Shown here: one piece after another, positions 25,818 through 26,847 of the stretch | How positions within the stretch are numbered: position 1 is the first letter of the stretch | Layout: the number at the start of each line of letters is the position of its first letter | DNA from: a virus | Taxonomy: Duplodnaviria > Caudoviricetes | DNA: 26,847 nucleotides | IMG/VR virus record: IMGVR_UViG_3300025723_000143 | Location: 1-26,847 of that record | Reading direction: 5' to 3' (one strand) | Made by a program: the position numbers and the translations under genes | The notes under the pieces: generated by a model | The model's database searches: none | What the model was told of the DNA's origin: nothing | The model's input: the letters and a program-made list of their open reading frames with translations, nothing else

Positions 25818-26093
25818 TTATCGCTCCTCAAATATTTTCTGAAGTGTTAAGTTTAACGCTTTTAGTTCATCAAGTTTATGTATATTCCACATGCGTTTCT
25901 GCCCGTGGATGCCATTTATAGCCCCCCGATGGCAATCAACGCATAAGGGTAGACTAGTAAACCATTCGCCCTGGTCGATTTCATGCGCTTCGGATGGGCC
26001 TGATTGCTCGCAGACAATACAGGCCATTTCCTTAATCCTACCGACATGCTCCCGTTCAAGGGAAGTCATGGCTTTTTTGTTTTTAGAGTGCAT
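25818..26093 (-). CDS. Zn-binding HNH-fold nuclease (P1 Ref-like)
   Basis: 'CIVC...EAH...LPLCVDCH.G..GIH'; ATG at 26093 by TAATG coupling; 91 aa. Confidence 0.7.
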   Translation of the reverse strand: MHSKNKKAMTSLEREHVGRIKEMACIVCEQSGPSEAHEIDQGEWFTSLPLCVDCHRGAINGIHGQKRMWNIHKLDELKALNLTLQKIFEER

Positions 26094-26422
26094 TACATTT
26101 GGTTCTTTATTTCTACCCGTCTGTTGTACTCTAAAACCTTCCAAACCTCAACCTTTAGCTTCGCAGCGTCCAACATGTACTTGAGGTGCTCTTTGTTCAT
26201 TTCAGCGGTCTTAAGGGCTTCCAGCATCTCTACATACCTTGGATGGGCATAAGCATAAGCTTCTTTTGCTCCCAAGGTTCCAGCTTCATCATTCATCAAC
26301 TGAGATTTAATAGTTTTCAGGAAGCGCTCAAGGTGATTGGCATCGGCATAAGCCTGGGCATAGTTCTTTGATTCCCTTGCTATGAAATCAATTGCTTTGA
26401 TTGGATCAATGTCTTCAGTCAT
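26093..26422 (-). CDS. Helical hypothetical protein
   Basis: 109 aa, AAGGAG RBS, amphipathic helices with 'EAYAYAHPRY'. Confidence 0.75.
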   Translation of the reverse strand: MTEDIDPIKAIDFIARESKNYAQAYADANHLERFLKTIKSQLMNDEAGTLGAKEAYAYAHPRYVEMLEALKTAEMNKEHLKYMLDAAKLKVEVWKVLEYNRRVEIKNQM

Positions 26423-26497
26423 GTGTTCTTCTCCTTGAACTATATTTATGTATACGCGTACCCCCCATTTGAGTAGGGGTCATGTGTTTTTCTCCTT
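26418..26497 (-). repeat. Duplicated 19-bp gene-junction sequence
   Basis: 26418-26436 and 26479-26497 match at 18/19 nt; minus strand AAGGAGAA(G/A)AACACATGAC = RBS plus ATGA. Confidence 0.8.
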
Positions 26498-26821
26498 TAG
26501 TTTGGATTCAATGTCTCTGGCAAAGTCGTCCATCCATGCGCCATAAACAATTCGCCATTCATCACATATTGGTTTTAAATCTTCTTCTGTCAGTCCTACC
26601 CATTCACGCTGTGGTGGTTCTTTGTATAACGGAATAGAGTCATCATCACCTTTGTTTGTTTCAAACCAAGCGCCAACTCCCGTGTCATAGCCAAACCAAC
26701 CTACGCAGTCTAGTTCAGTCAGTCCTACCCATGTGCGTTGTTTGAGGCGTTCAATCTCTGCTCGTAACTCAATATTGATTTTGTGTTCTTCAATACCTTT
26801 GCGAATTAATTCGCTAGTCAC
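26480..26821 (-). CDS. Mosaic hypothetical protein with two WVGLT motifs (possibly 5'-truncated)
   Basis: Frame stays open to the window edge; 15-bp exact repeat GTCAGTCCTACCCAT at 26589 and 26718; ends KLKEKNT. Confidence 0.7.
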   Translation of the reverse strand: MTSELIRKGIEEHKINIELRAEIERLKQRTWVGLTELDCVGWFGYDTGVGAWFETNKGDDDSIPLYKEPPQREWVGLTEEDLKPICDEWRIVYGAWMDDFARDIESKLKEKNT

Positions 26822-26847
26822 CTGCGTTTCCCGATGCTCCCAATCGC

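Noticed and set aside
26093-26422. UvsY-like recombination mediator
   Set aside because: Only a loose helical pattern resemblance; left as hypothetical without a profile search.
1-26847. Stop-codon reassignment
   Set aside because: Core genes are full length under the standard code, and TAA, TAG and TGA all occur as terminators at coupled gene junctions.

Overview
The window is a contiguous piece of a tailed dsDNA phage genome with a podovirus-like morphogenesis module (P22/SU10-type portal, adaptor and nozzle; no tape-measure, tube or sheath gene in the window). Nearly all genes lie on the minus strand and are tightly coupled. In transcription order they are small accessory genes (Ref/HNH-like nuclease, Dps/ferritin-like, Lys-rich peptides), a GNAT-like gene, a terS candidate, terL, portal, scaffold, major capsid, adaptor, fibre genes, a free-standing HNH endonuclease, a lectin/SPRY fibre, a methyltransferase-glycosyltransferase cassette, the nozzle and a further fibre. 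Two things stand out. (1) Three fibre proteins carry proline-free (Gly-X-Ser)n repeats and sit in one operon with an FkbM methyltransferase, a GT2 fused to half of a GT9-like enzyme, and the other GT9-like half, which suggests a virion-fibre glycosylation system. (2) A 2.3 kb AT-rich, opposite-strand six-gene operon is bounded by a 12/13-bp inverted repeat (TGAWGGGGGGGTC) and contains a DnaA box, operator-like palindromes and a cysteine-rich, radical-SAM-like gene; it may be the collapsed terminal repeat or first-ejected region. Family assignments come from motif recognition by eye, not from database searches. No tRNA, rRNA, CRISPR array, integrase or reverse transcriptase was seen.
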